Below the pieces are notes generated by a model. That model was not told the DNA's origin and did not search any database. It worked only from the letters and a program-made list of their open reading frames with translations. Shown here one piece after another: positions 50,501-61,823 of a stretch of DNA of 64,000 nt (positions within the stretch are counted from its first letter, which is position 1; each line of letters starts with the position of its first letter). The DNA lies in the NCBI GenBank assembly GCA_965235115.1, contig OZ249436.1:62744001-62808000 (forward strand), written 5' to 3'. This DNA is from Laetmonice hystrix (lineage: Eukaryota). Both the position numbers and the translations under genes were made by a program.

Positions 50501-53500
50501 GCTCCTGCCCCAACTATCTTCATCTCGGATGGATTTAGTATCAAAATGACAGCACAACCTCAGCCTTAAATCCCTTCATATCAGCTCCAGATATATTTCA
50601 GCCTCACATCTCCAGCCTTTTTATTAGGAATCCACCAGTTTCCCTCTCGGTCTCGCACTGTGCATCCCTTTCTGCTGCTACAACTTTTTTTCTCCTTGAC
50701 CTTTTTCGCAGAGATCTTTTTCCCCCCATCATGCAGATTATAATCAGGCGATACTTTTCACTACAGTACCGGTAATCGAGAATAGAGATGGCTTTTTTCC
50801 CAGTGAATATGTACGCGTGTTTAGGTGTACTGAGTAGATCAAGATGTAGACCACATCTTATTTTTACCGTTTAAATCAATGCAGTGAGGGTGTATACACC
50901 TTGCTTGCCCACAGAGCCTGCCGCCAGCTCGGCCCTGCCGCTCCTTCAAATGCCCACAGGCGTCGGAAACCATAAACAAACAGAGAATCTTCGGCTGCTC
51001 ACGGCCCTCATGGACAAAGTCACTTACAGATGATAAAGTGACGTCCTTATTACATAACTACTGTTTATAACGGTGACTAGGTCTAACTGGGGGTAAGGTT
51101 ACCTCTCTGGCTAGGTCAGCTACAATTTGTTTTTATCGGTATCTCTTCGTCAAGACTTGAAAAGTACTGAAGTGTTTCAAGAGAGAAAATTACATCTGAC
51201 AGGAAACACATCAATATAATAAAATGGAAAACTCTTTAATAAAACAACATCCATCATGACCTTTCAGATTGATACCGCTATGTTTAAAGCGATGGGAAAA
51301 CATGCCGGTAACTTTCCGTTCGATATTTCCCTCGTAATGCTCTCCTTCCAAATATGGGCATTGATACTTGCGACTCCGTTTTATACACAATGGCCCCGAC
51401 AAATATTTACCGTACATCTGCGACTAAACGCCCAGCAATTCATTTTGTTGAGAGCATCCTCAAATCTACAGGAGGATAGGATAGACAAATGTAACACCCT
51501 CGTAACTCATTTAAATGAGGAAATTTGCCTTACTAAAGATGGCTTATTAGTGACCCTGATAGACTGCCTAGGGGTAAGCGTTTAAGCAAGTTCATCATTT
51601 AATCAAATTTGGATCTCTAAAATGAATAAATATCCGGGAGCAACCCCCACCCCCGCCATACAGGTCTTACGTACAATGTTGGTCGTGTGTGTCTGCGTAT
51701 ATCGCTCCTGGATATCGCTTTTTGATATCTTCCATAGCGTCACACCTGATCGAGATTACATGACCGGCTCCGTCACGACACAACATCATGACACATGCTG
51801 CTCGGAATTCATCTCCACATAATGCCGATTCGTGAAGTACAAAACGTCATCACACTTCTAGAGACTCATAAAAAAGTGTTTTTTTCATGCCGTAATGCGC
51901 TCGCCTCTTCAGTAGATTATAATAGACATGACGCGAGGTCATGCATAAAGAAGAGCGAGCACTGTATTTTCATTTCCATGTATTTACTTCCTGCAGGTAT
52001 CATATAGCTTTTAATAACAGTGATCAGGAAACTGGATGGCGGGGCTTAGCATTGCCATGATCACGTAGGTTAGACAGGGACGGCGGGAAAGGTCAGTCAT
52101 ACCCCGTCGTCCTTACTGGTACATTAATTCAAACACGAAACTAATTACCCCAGTTACGATGGTCTGAGTGCAACAAGCGATACTTTAAATCAACCAAGGC
52201 ACAACTCTGTGGCTTTCAGGAATTAAACTGACGAGTATCCATGGCTACACTAAAACCGACCCGATCTGGGATTCGGTGTGAGAATTCAGGATCCAAAGAG
52301 ATTCAGAAGTACAGCTCGCATTAAGTACAAAGTCCACCATTATCACAAAACAATTTGCGTTTCTGCTCTTTTTTCAAAATGACAAGGAAAGCTGCATCAA
52401 CCACGCCCCACCCCACCCCCAGCCCAACAGTGATGGAGGGTACTTTATAAACAAGTGACGGCGGACTAACAACCCCACCACCCCCACCGACACCCCCACC
52501 CCCACCCGACCTGACCCGTCCATCTACACCGACATACCACAGCAGCACTGTGCTACCGAAAGGGACACACCGGAGTGAGCCCAGTTTGACATCAACTACA
52601 AAGATTCCACTCACAACATCAACACCCAGTTGGGACTGACGGGAGAATCTCCCCACCACGACAAAGATGCCTCAAGTGCACACCAAACGGGCCTAGTTTT
52701 CAGTCCCCTCTCACCATTTCTGCCTGCCGGCACTTGGGCATACTTGTTTTTCACCCTCCACTGCTGTTGCTGACTTTTTCTTGCGCAGCACATCCCATGT
52801 TTACATTCAAGTCTCCAAACAAGTTGATGTTTGAGTTGTGCACCTGTATGAAATGGGGCTCAGAGGTTGGATGGTTTGCCTGCATTACAGCCACGCTCGG
52901 CCAATTTGAAAGTGCAGACTGGATTACAGCACCAGTCTGTCAATACGGGGAGTAAACATGACAATGTGGTGAAGGAGTCGCAACAATAAGGCACCAATGA
53001 AGGCCGGGATATCAGGGGCTAACAGGGGCACCCTAAGGTTGGGTGCTGTAACCACCCCCGGTACCCCTCATGCCTCCCTGGCTGGTACACACTCTACTCT
53101 CTATAGACCGGGGTCAGGATATCTGGCTTGGTGGCAAATATATATTTCATATACCCACTTATCAAATAAATAGCCTCCATGCTATCATAACAGTCCACAG
53201 ATACTCATCCGTACATAATACGGAATTCGGAACGCATATAACTTTCAGCTTGTCGTGAGGACCGTGTGTCTTACACAAAAGTACTTGCGCTGCATGTTGA
53301 ATCAGGGTTTCAAAGGCTCCCATCATTCCAGTACATATGTACCGTTAGATCCCGACAGACTCGGGTTAGGAAACGTCAAGGCCAGATAGGGATAAAGACG
53401 TACGTAGCATTCATTAACCATTTATATCCTTAATAAAGTTCACTCGATTTTTTCCCCTCATCACATCCTTGTGTGATGATAACAGGCCAACTTGTAAAAA

Positions 53501-55954
53501 GACATATCATTTCCATTATACACGGAAACACGAGCGTTCGGCCAGTCAGTGACATTCGCCAACTTTGCAAAAAAGCCCACGGCCCCAGACATGGTTCTTA
53601 GATTTCAGTACCGACTGATCTGCAGTCCTTGTGTTGACACACTTCACGCCATCCGGATCTGCCTGCCACCTCCCAGAATACACTCCGATACGTGTCGCTA
53701 CGTCAATCTACGTCACGAGGAGCGATGTGCGACGTAAGGAGTTGAATAGTCGGGTTATAGGGTTGAATGGTCGACCCTCAGCGGCTACACAGACTGGTTA
53801 GCCATTAGATGTACTTCATTACACTTACTTAATGCGAATGTATATAAGACATCCTTTATATCACAGTATTCTGTCTCTTGGAACCTCACGCGAAAAGGTA
53901 TAAGAGTCACAAACATCTATTTTCTTTCATTCTGCTACTGCGCTCGCGTTGCGCCAATTAACGTTGGCTCCTGACACTAGTTTTATTTCTGTCACCTTCC
54001 ACATAACAGAATCAAGCCAAGTGTTCGGCAGGAAATGTTACCTACACATTTGCACGCGATTGCGAGTTTATATGACAGCATAAATATAAATTTACACGGA
54101 TCCAAAATAGTATATTATCACTTTATCACTAGCAGGGTTTACCATGTAGTCCATATTTAGTGCATGCAGAACGTTAAGTTCCGAACAAGTTACTTCTAAT
54201 AGGTCTATAAGTATAAGCGGTTTTGGGGACCTCATGCACACTTGAACGTCTTGGACGCCAGGGTAGCAGCTATAACCTAATACTGGGTTATGTTTGTAAA
54301 TCCCCACCACCAACCCAGCTTTGGAGATTCTGTTTCCTAATGTTACATAGCAAACTGAGTTCCTGAGGGTCATTTACACAATGATTGCCCTTTTTAAATA
54401 CTTTAGCTAACACCTCGCGGCAATTACAGGCAACCCATTTACTGCTGGTAGATTCTAAATTTTGTTTGCGCAAGTCGATATGACAAAGATCAATATTTGA
54501 TCCTGACAGAACTCTTTTTATCTATGTCCGCCAATGCTATAACTGATCATAAGGATGGAACCCTCAGTCAATGTCTCCTTCTTTCAAAATATCCTGGTCA
54601 AAGTCCAAGGCGACACAGTTTCGCCTCGGATCCCATAAAATTTGAACTCCTGTTACTATTCTACAGCGTAGGACGTACTGCCATGTTCTAGCAATTCGTG
54701 CAATGATGTGTCATAAACTGATGGCCAAGAACTTTGGCCCCTGTGACAATCATGAGGGCTTCATGTACACCACTGACCCTGGCCCATTGACGTATTTGCC
54801 TACGCTATGTAACACTCAAATTGAACCTTGGTCCTTAATTTACATATACACGACGCCCTCTGACCTTTCTAGAGCTCCAGTGTACAACAATACTTCACTG
54901 CTGACTAACTCACTAGGCACAAAACCAAGATCAATATGTAGGTTTCAATACATTGTATTATGACAAGAAACTACAGAAACCCTATGTTTACTTTCTATAG
55001 CTGGCTATAGCTGAAATCACCTGGAGACGATTGACATATTTAGTGTCAAGCGTCAGTCTGAACGAGGGCAACAGTTACGGCGAGCTAGCTTCATTTTGTT
55101 CACCTAATCGACAGTTAGTGTCAGGACAAATATCAATGACTTGTCACTAGATCGTCTAGTGTGTGCATACACAGATACCAGATAACTATGCCCTCCCTAG
55201 AGAGGCACTTCGGGGCCCTAAGAGATAATTACAGTCTTTTCATTTTGACAACACGACAACCGGACTACAATTTTACTGATCTGATATAATTATGTAGTTT
55301 GTGCTTACTAAACAATTAAACTTTTCAATCTTTATTATTTCTGTAGGATTACCGGTACGTTTCATTTCGTATTATAAAATCATAATTTCACCTACATTTG
55401 AGGATAAGGCCCTTAAAATTTAGACCTCAATTATAAATGTATTTTCCAATTTATTTGGATTAGTACAATGTATACTGCTCATAAAAATTATGTTGTGTAC
55501 GCATTCTTTTATAGCTGGAAATTAATTGTAAGTCATGTCCCACGAGTTATAACTGACTCAAAATGTTATGCTAAGTTTAAAGAAAACATTATTATACCAA
55601 AACTGATATCTGTACAGTTAGATTTAACTTAGACTATATCTGATCTAACATGGTGCCTCTATCTAGCTTCATTTAAGGTAAGTCGGCCATTTCTATGTCT
55701 GTCTTAGTGAGAGCTGTACCCGCATACCCTAACCATCCATCTTTAGTAAGGACCGCTGTAACAAATTTAGCTGTTGGGCAACAGTAGCCTGATTTGAGTG
55801 AAACAGTCTGTATGATTGGTTGAGCTGCTTTATCATGCTTTCTTAAAATGTAGTATTCACTAGCTCGTCACTAGCCTACCTGTCGGATGAACTGTAGCCT
55901 GTCAATGGTTGGCTTGTAGGATGTAAGGCTGTTTGTGATTGGCTGGCAGCCTAC
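47512..55954 (-). other. zmiz1: zmiz1 intron (8,443 nt, GT-AG)
   Basis: Bounded by the exon 1 donor and the exon 2 acceptor, with an in-frame junction KQ|HL. Confidence 0.9.
55880..55954 (-). repeat. Diverged tandem copy of the exon 1 3' end plus donor; candidate in-frame 75-nt exon extension
   Basis: The copy ACCATTGACAGGCTACAGTTCATCCGACAG|GTAGGCT resembles the exon end ACGGTAGACCGACTGCAGTGCATCAAACAG|GTAGGCT. The 75 nt between the donors are 25 stop-free codons in frame. Confidence 0.7.
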
Positions 55955-56017
55955 CTGTTTGATGCACTGCAGTCGGTCTACCGTCTGCTGGATGTGTCTA
56001 TCCATATCGTTGTTCAT
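55955..56017 (-). CDS. zmiz1: ZMIZ1-family protein, first coding exon ([21 protein letters not shown])
   Basis: The translation is near-identical to the recalled human ZMIZ1 N-terminus ([20 protein letters not shown]). The ATG at 56017-56015 has a good Kozak context (GCAACC-ATG-A). The donor is CAG|GTAGGC, phase 0, and splices in frame to 47511. Confidence 0.95.
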
Positions 56018-56079
56018 GGTTGCGGTGATAACACTGGCTGGATAATCAGCTCAATGGAAAAGCCAACAACTCAGACCAT
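56018..56079 (-). other. zmiz1: 5'UTR portion of the first zmiz1 coding exon (whole exon 55955-56079)
   Basis: A strong acceptor with a CTAAC branch point (AACTAACTTTGACTTTTGTTTTCTCCTATTACAG|) lies at 56080-56113. This implies further non-coding exon(s) upstream. Confidence 0.75.
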
Positions 56080-56093
56080 CTGTAATAGGAGAA

Positions 56094-56163
56094 AACAAAA
56101 GTCAAAGTTAGTTCACCCTGGCTGCATGAACAAAAGTCAAAGTTAATTCACGCTGGCTGCACT
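56094..56163. repeat. 35-bp tandem duplication covering the branch point/polypyrimidine tract of the exon 1 acceptor
   Basis: aacaaaagtcaaagttagttcaccctggctgcatg followed by aacaaaagtcaaagttaattcacgctggctgcact. Confidence 0.9.
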
Positions 56164-57686
56164 AACCACCTTATCTACCATCGACGTGGACACCGTAATA
56201 CACCATGCAGACATTAGCACCCAATCTGGAATAAGTGGAAGCAATTTGGACTATGCTTATTTTGTTTAAAAGTCATTGAAGATTCCACAAATTAAGTAAG
56301 ATGTGCTGCTATCAAAGTCGTCCATATATCCATATACATTGAAAGTTACCGCAAACCAATCACACACAAAATGCATTATAATAATAACATTATAAAATCC
56401 CATAAATGCAACTCCGATGCTGGTCCCTTTACAGATTCTACAGCTTAATCTGAAGATCTACTCTCATAAGAACCCCCGCCCCAGGTTCGCTAAAAACCAT
56501 CCTACCCAGACCAGAATATTTTAGCCTGCTAGGATTTGCCAGTACTGGCCTCACTCCCTACACTCTAGGATCAACCTGTGATCACCCAACGGTCGAGGCG
56601 AGCCAGACAGATGTATAGATGTTCTCCAGCCTGCCTCCCCGTCCCGCCAAACAACACAACATCTGTGAAGACCTCTAACATGATTTCCCAGCAGAGGTTC
56701 GTAAGGCTCGGCAGTTATTTGTTGCCGTCGTGTGACAAGCACCCATCTTCTGCAGGATACCCTGATTGCTTGGCTTATAAACAGCGTCCACTGGTCAGCA
56801 AAGGTTATTTCCTGTTCTGGCCCATCGACAGGGGTCGCTGTGCGGAGCTCGCTGATTGGTGCTAGCGGGCAGGTATTAATTAGTGCCCATCTAATCTGAG
56901 GACTAAGCTGGGAAGAATATTTGCGACTATTGTTATGTTCCTTTATCGTCAATCTCATTTGTCTTACAGACTACTAACTCCCGTTTGGTTCACCAAGGCC
57001 AATTCTGACCTGGCAAAACGTTTCCGATACCCAGCACTTCTTAGAAAGACTGCGTTCAAAGTGACAAAACGGTTCCAACACCACTGCTCTGATGCAAGTT
57101 CTGAAAGATGTTTCCAGTGCGCTATGAAAGACATGCCAGCAATGATATCTCCATTACGATAAAGTGTTCTAATTTAAAATCCTTGAGATTCCTTCTTGCC
57201 CTAATTACTTTCATAATGAATCACGTCTTGAACTGGCACACGTTTTGTAACATCCCTCCTGCCAACGATGGAAACATTTGTATGTATCCAAAAAAATCAT
57301 GTACGCAAGAAGTGGGCAACCGGTTAAACTCCCAGCTTTTTTTAATTAGCTCATAAACCCATGGGTGAGTTTGTATGCGATCGTCACGATTGGTATCTAC
57401 AGCTGTGAAACACATTCGAATCGTCGCGGGAGGATGGCCAAAGGCTGGGGTCAGGCGCGCGTTGCCCATTACCCCCTCAATGTAGCATGACAACAACAGC
57501 CATGTGCTTGGGTCCCTGTCCAGATGGTGAAGAGTGGCGTGTCATTTACTCTCTGTCTACCTACTATAATTGACTGCCTTTGCAGGAGCAAAGTCAGACA
57601 CGAGACTCCTGTGGCCACCTGCATTTATGGCCGCCAAGCACAAAGCCGAGCCGCTCAGAAGGCTGGCTGGTAGCAGGTCGGCAGCT

Positions 57687-57747
57687 GCCAGCCAGCCAAC
57701 CAGCCGGCCAGCCAGCTAGCCTGCTTGCCAGCCAGCCAGCCAGCCAG
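57687..57747. repeat. Interrupted (CCAG)n microsatellite
   Basis: gccagccagccaaccagccggccagccagctagcctgcttgccagccagccagccagccag. Confidence 0.85.
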
Positions 57748-59202
57748 TGTCAGCTGCCATCGTTGTCGCTGATGAACATGGTAGCCTCGTCAGAGTTGGT
57801 GTCGGCAGCACAAGTCTGCCATAATGACCTATGTAATAGCCGACCAGAGCAAAAACGCTGGAGCGATGATGGGCCCTGTATTTACCGTTATACGCCCGGG
57901 CTAGCATGCGACCTCAGCTTGTAGCCAGGAAACTGGCACGGTTGCACTTAAATGCGCATCATTGGTTTGTTGAGATACATCATACTACATATATGTAATA
58001 TTGATACTGTTTTTTTCGGGGATTTTATAAATACGCAATCGATAATGGTTCATTGGACAGTATGGAATCAGGTAAAGTTTGCAACGAAAAGTTTATCAAT
58101 GAGGGCAGGGATTGGGTTTCAAATTTTGGTGTCCTGCTTCATAAAACATTCACGACCTGAGCCTTAACAAAAGTTCAATGACCTCATGTAGTAGTAAAGT
58201 TTATTAGCCTGGATAACAGTAACAGCACATTAACTAATGTAGGCCAAACTCTTTGTCCATTATTCCGACGTTTCCAGAAAAAAAATCACATAATGTTCAC
58301 CGTATGTACCGAGAAAAGGCAACCGCAGTTTAAAAGTGAAAGCGAACCAGCTTTCAGCCTGACTACGACGATATAACCTAGACCCGTAAGATTTTACTAT
58401 ACCATCTCTATAGAGAACACAAGCTCTCATTCACAAGTAAAGATGCAGGACATCCCTTCCCATAGTTGTTTAATAAGTATAACGTAACGTGCCCCCCTCC
58501 CCCTCCCTTACTAATTACCATCCTCACTGGCAGGAACCGCTACACAGGTGATTTACAGTAATGCCCCAGTATGTCAACAACGCCAATCTCGCATTACATT
58601 CCCAATCGAAAGTTTGCCAGGTTTAACTATAAAACATCGTGTCACTGCCATACTAGTTTCAGAAATAGTTTATTCGATCAACATGCAGGACTGCCACGAG
58701 CTAACAATCTCTCAGATGCAAACCTTCCATATGGACCTCCATTCTTGTCCACTGCTGTGTGTCTGTTTACGGTTAAAACAGTACGGGTCAATCATGAATT
58801 AGCTGAATGATGAATTATTTTTATAAACAGAAGGACAGTTTCATACACCTTGTAGGTTACACGTATTGGAAACGATACAACCTAGCTCTCGGCTATCAAC
58901 ATAGCAAAATTGGACAGGAATAGTGTTTAGCTAATAGGCAAGGAAACAAACAATACTGCTCACGATGCTCACTTCAGGTAATGAAGACTATATTATTTAA
59001 GATGCGCTATAGGAACTATTAATTACAATTACCACAGTCCTGTTTTGGCAGGGTGCACAACAATTAGTACAGCGTGGCGTTACAACTCAGGGGGTAACGA
59101 TCTGTTTTCTCGCAGACACCAGCCTTTTTATCCTCTTTATAGCCTCACCTTTGGATCAAGCCTGTATCCATACATGTGAGTCAGCAATAGCCGTGGATAC
59201 AG

Positions 59203-59447
59203 CAGGGGTGTAGCCAGGGGCTTTCCGACTTGCACGGACCGCCCCCCCCCCCCCCCCCAAAAAAAAAAAAAAGTGATAAATAACTAGCCTAAATAATGAA
59301 ATATATGGTTAGGTAAAACCGGGGTGATCAGCTGAAAAATGCTTTAGCTTCGGGAGCCTGGAGTGGCCCCCGACCCCCGGTCACATAGAGCTGCGGCGCG
59401 AGGAAGACAGTGGTTGGACCCCCCCCCCCCCTCCCGTAACACCCGTG
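59203..59447. mobile_element. MITE, ~245 bp, CAGGGGTGTAGC-type end, 5-bp TSD
   Basis: Left CAGGGGTGTAGC versus right GTAACACCCGTG (9/12 as an inverted repeat). TACAG flanks both sides (59198-59202, 59448-59452). Poly-C tracts lie just inside both ends. Confidence 0.6.
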
Positions 59448-61719
59448 TACAGGTATATACTGCCGACATTGAGTTGTGCTGGTAAACTTAAAGATCACCA
59501 AGATGGAGTGGAGAACATACTTTGGCTAGGCCCAAAATAAGTTCACCACGGAAAATGGATTTCCGTGACTATTTGGTTGTCCCCAACTGGATTTTTTTTT
59601 CAATATCAAATTCCATGACTTTCTAGAATATTCCGACACCACAAACTTGACAAAGTGGCGACCCCGAACCTGATGCCGCCAGTGACTCTCTGATCATGTG
59701 TGGACGTCCAGACCTATCTGTACCTGAGAGAGCTGAGTGATTCACCTGGGCATGGTTGCGCGATGATTTATGACCTCTCACTTGCCTTCAACCGCCGACA
59801 TTGACGGCCCTAACCTGTTTAAAGCTCTTGATTCCTGACACAGCCGAGTGGCTGGCCGACCACCATTAAGGTTTGATTCTTGCATTCTCTTGTTGGGGTT
59901 ACACCAACTATCTATTGATCCCTTTTGTGATCCAAGTGGTGATGATTATTTCAGTCCCGTTCCGTCAGTGAACCACATTGTACTACTATCAGTATCACAG
60001 CCAGCTGCGCCCACTTGGCCATGTCTCTTTGTGTCATTCATCTCCTAATACAAACACTATAGCTGGCTAGCTCCTGAGACATTAACGCAATTTTCATTGG
60101 AGGTCATAAAATAACTTGTATCTCTCTTTCCCTCTTCACAAGCCATTTTACAGTTACGGGATAGTTAACAAGACCTTAATAGACGTTCTGTGATTAATAT
60201 CAGTGTGCAACAATCAGCAGGAATTTGCCAATTTGCCATGAGTATATATCTCTTTGTGGTGATATTGGTACGCCACACAATTAGATCATTAGCCATAAAA
60301 AGTCCCTGACACTTACTACCGTCAACTGATGATTTGATCAGCTGTATTATGGCTATTAGAAGACTTGCTATACGTACACATTATACATTGTACTATACTG
60401 AAATTAAACACGAGTGCAATAACCTCTACTTGCGCGTTTATCATTCAATCTGGAAACAGAAGACGAGCATTCGCACTCGGCACTCTCTGACGCTCTCCTG
60501 AGCTCTACCTGCTATGTAATCTCTGTCACACATCACGGCAACCGACGATTAATAATCTTTCAGGCCATGAGTGACAGGCCTACACTTAAAACGGAGGCGT
60601 CGGTACCTGGGTACACTGCAGGTAGGCGGCCGTGTCACTACTGGTTGTCATATGGGGGTCGACACTTCTGACAGGGAGTGGAATTCATAATTAATTGGTC
60701 CTTGAGTAGTGACGATTATCAAAACATGTGAGTTGGGTGGAATTTCGCGTTTGTTGTTGTTGTCCCCAACAGCTGAGAGTGTACTCGGCCAGTTAAATTC
60801 ACAGGACAGTATATAATATCTGTCTGTAATTTTGTAATTTATAAAAAGCAATATAATGTCCATAATGCAGGATTCGTCAACATAGTTTATAACGTAGCAA
60901 GCACTTTATTGCCAGATAAGGTAGTAATTTCAGGGGTTTCTTTTCTCAAATTTATGCTTTATTACAGATTCACATTATATACTTCTGATAACGTGAGACT
61001 GACTACGTTACTTATGAATCGCACATTTGTATGCTGGGAATACAATTGAAGGAAAAGCTTGACTTGAGGTGGCAATCATGATGTCAAAATCGATCAAAAG
61101 AAGTGCACGTAATAGACAAGTAGCACTTTCCGGGTTTCACACTGGATGCGCAGAGTCATTATTTCGACCAGACTAAGGCCTAACAGCACAAGGTACCAGA
61201 CCGTTACAATAACCACCCATGAGTCAGTGGCTACTCACAGGTCACTGTCACTTTGTCAGGTGTTGGAATCATATGACACTGCAGTGATATAACAGTTACA
61301 CCAATCCCCTGGCGTACTGTTGTGGCTACATAACATTAAGTACCGAACGACACACACGTCTCCTGTTTAGCGACTGGAGGGTTTACCCCTTGTCAGCATC
61401 TTGTATGTCGTTTTTCATGGTGCCAACACATCGTGTTAGGGCCAGTTTAGTACACTGATGATACATATCAGATCAGTGAGCATAGCAGGGTTCATTCTCA
61501 ACAGGTAATATGGAACTTTCTCTGCATAATGTGGACAGGAACTAACCATCAGCATTCCAACGAGTTTCGGAATGGGGCAAACGTTTCTGCTGATGTTCGG
61601 CAAATAGCTCAATTGTACCACTTTATAAAACTAATTACACAGCATTATATAAGGTTGGACATACTACATTACTAGTCGAACTTGTGAAAAGCCATGTAAT
61701 CTTCAGACTTTTAGAAATA

Positions 61720-61823
61720 CAGGGCTTATGGGGTAATTTCTGGGAAATATAGGGGAACCTCCCCATAATATTGGAAAATATTGTAATTTTAAAATTACAG
61801 GAATTACAGGACCAGAAGGCCTG
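61720..61823. mobile_element. Decayed CAGG-ended MITE
   Basis: Left CAGGGCTTATGGGGTAATTTCTG resembles the reverse complement of the right end, CAGGCCTTCTGGTCCTGTAATTCCTG. No clear TSD. Confidence 0.4.

Noticed and set aside
24641-52286. Enrichment of Su(H)/RBPJ sites (Notch autoregulation)
   Set aside because: About seven YGTGRGAA sites were seen by eye versus ~8 expected by chance in 64 kb on both strands, and no paired sites were found.
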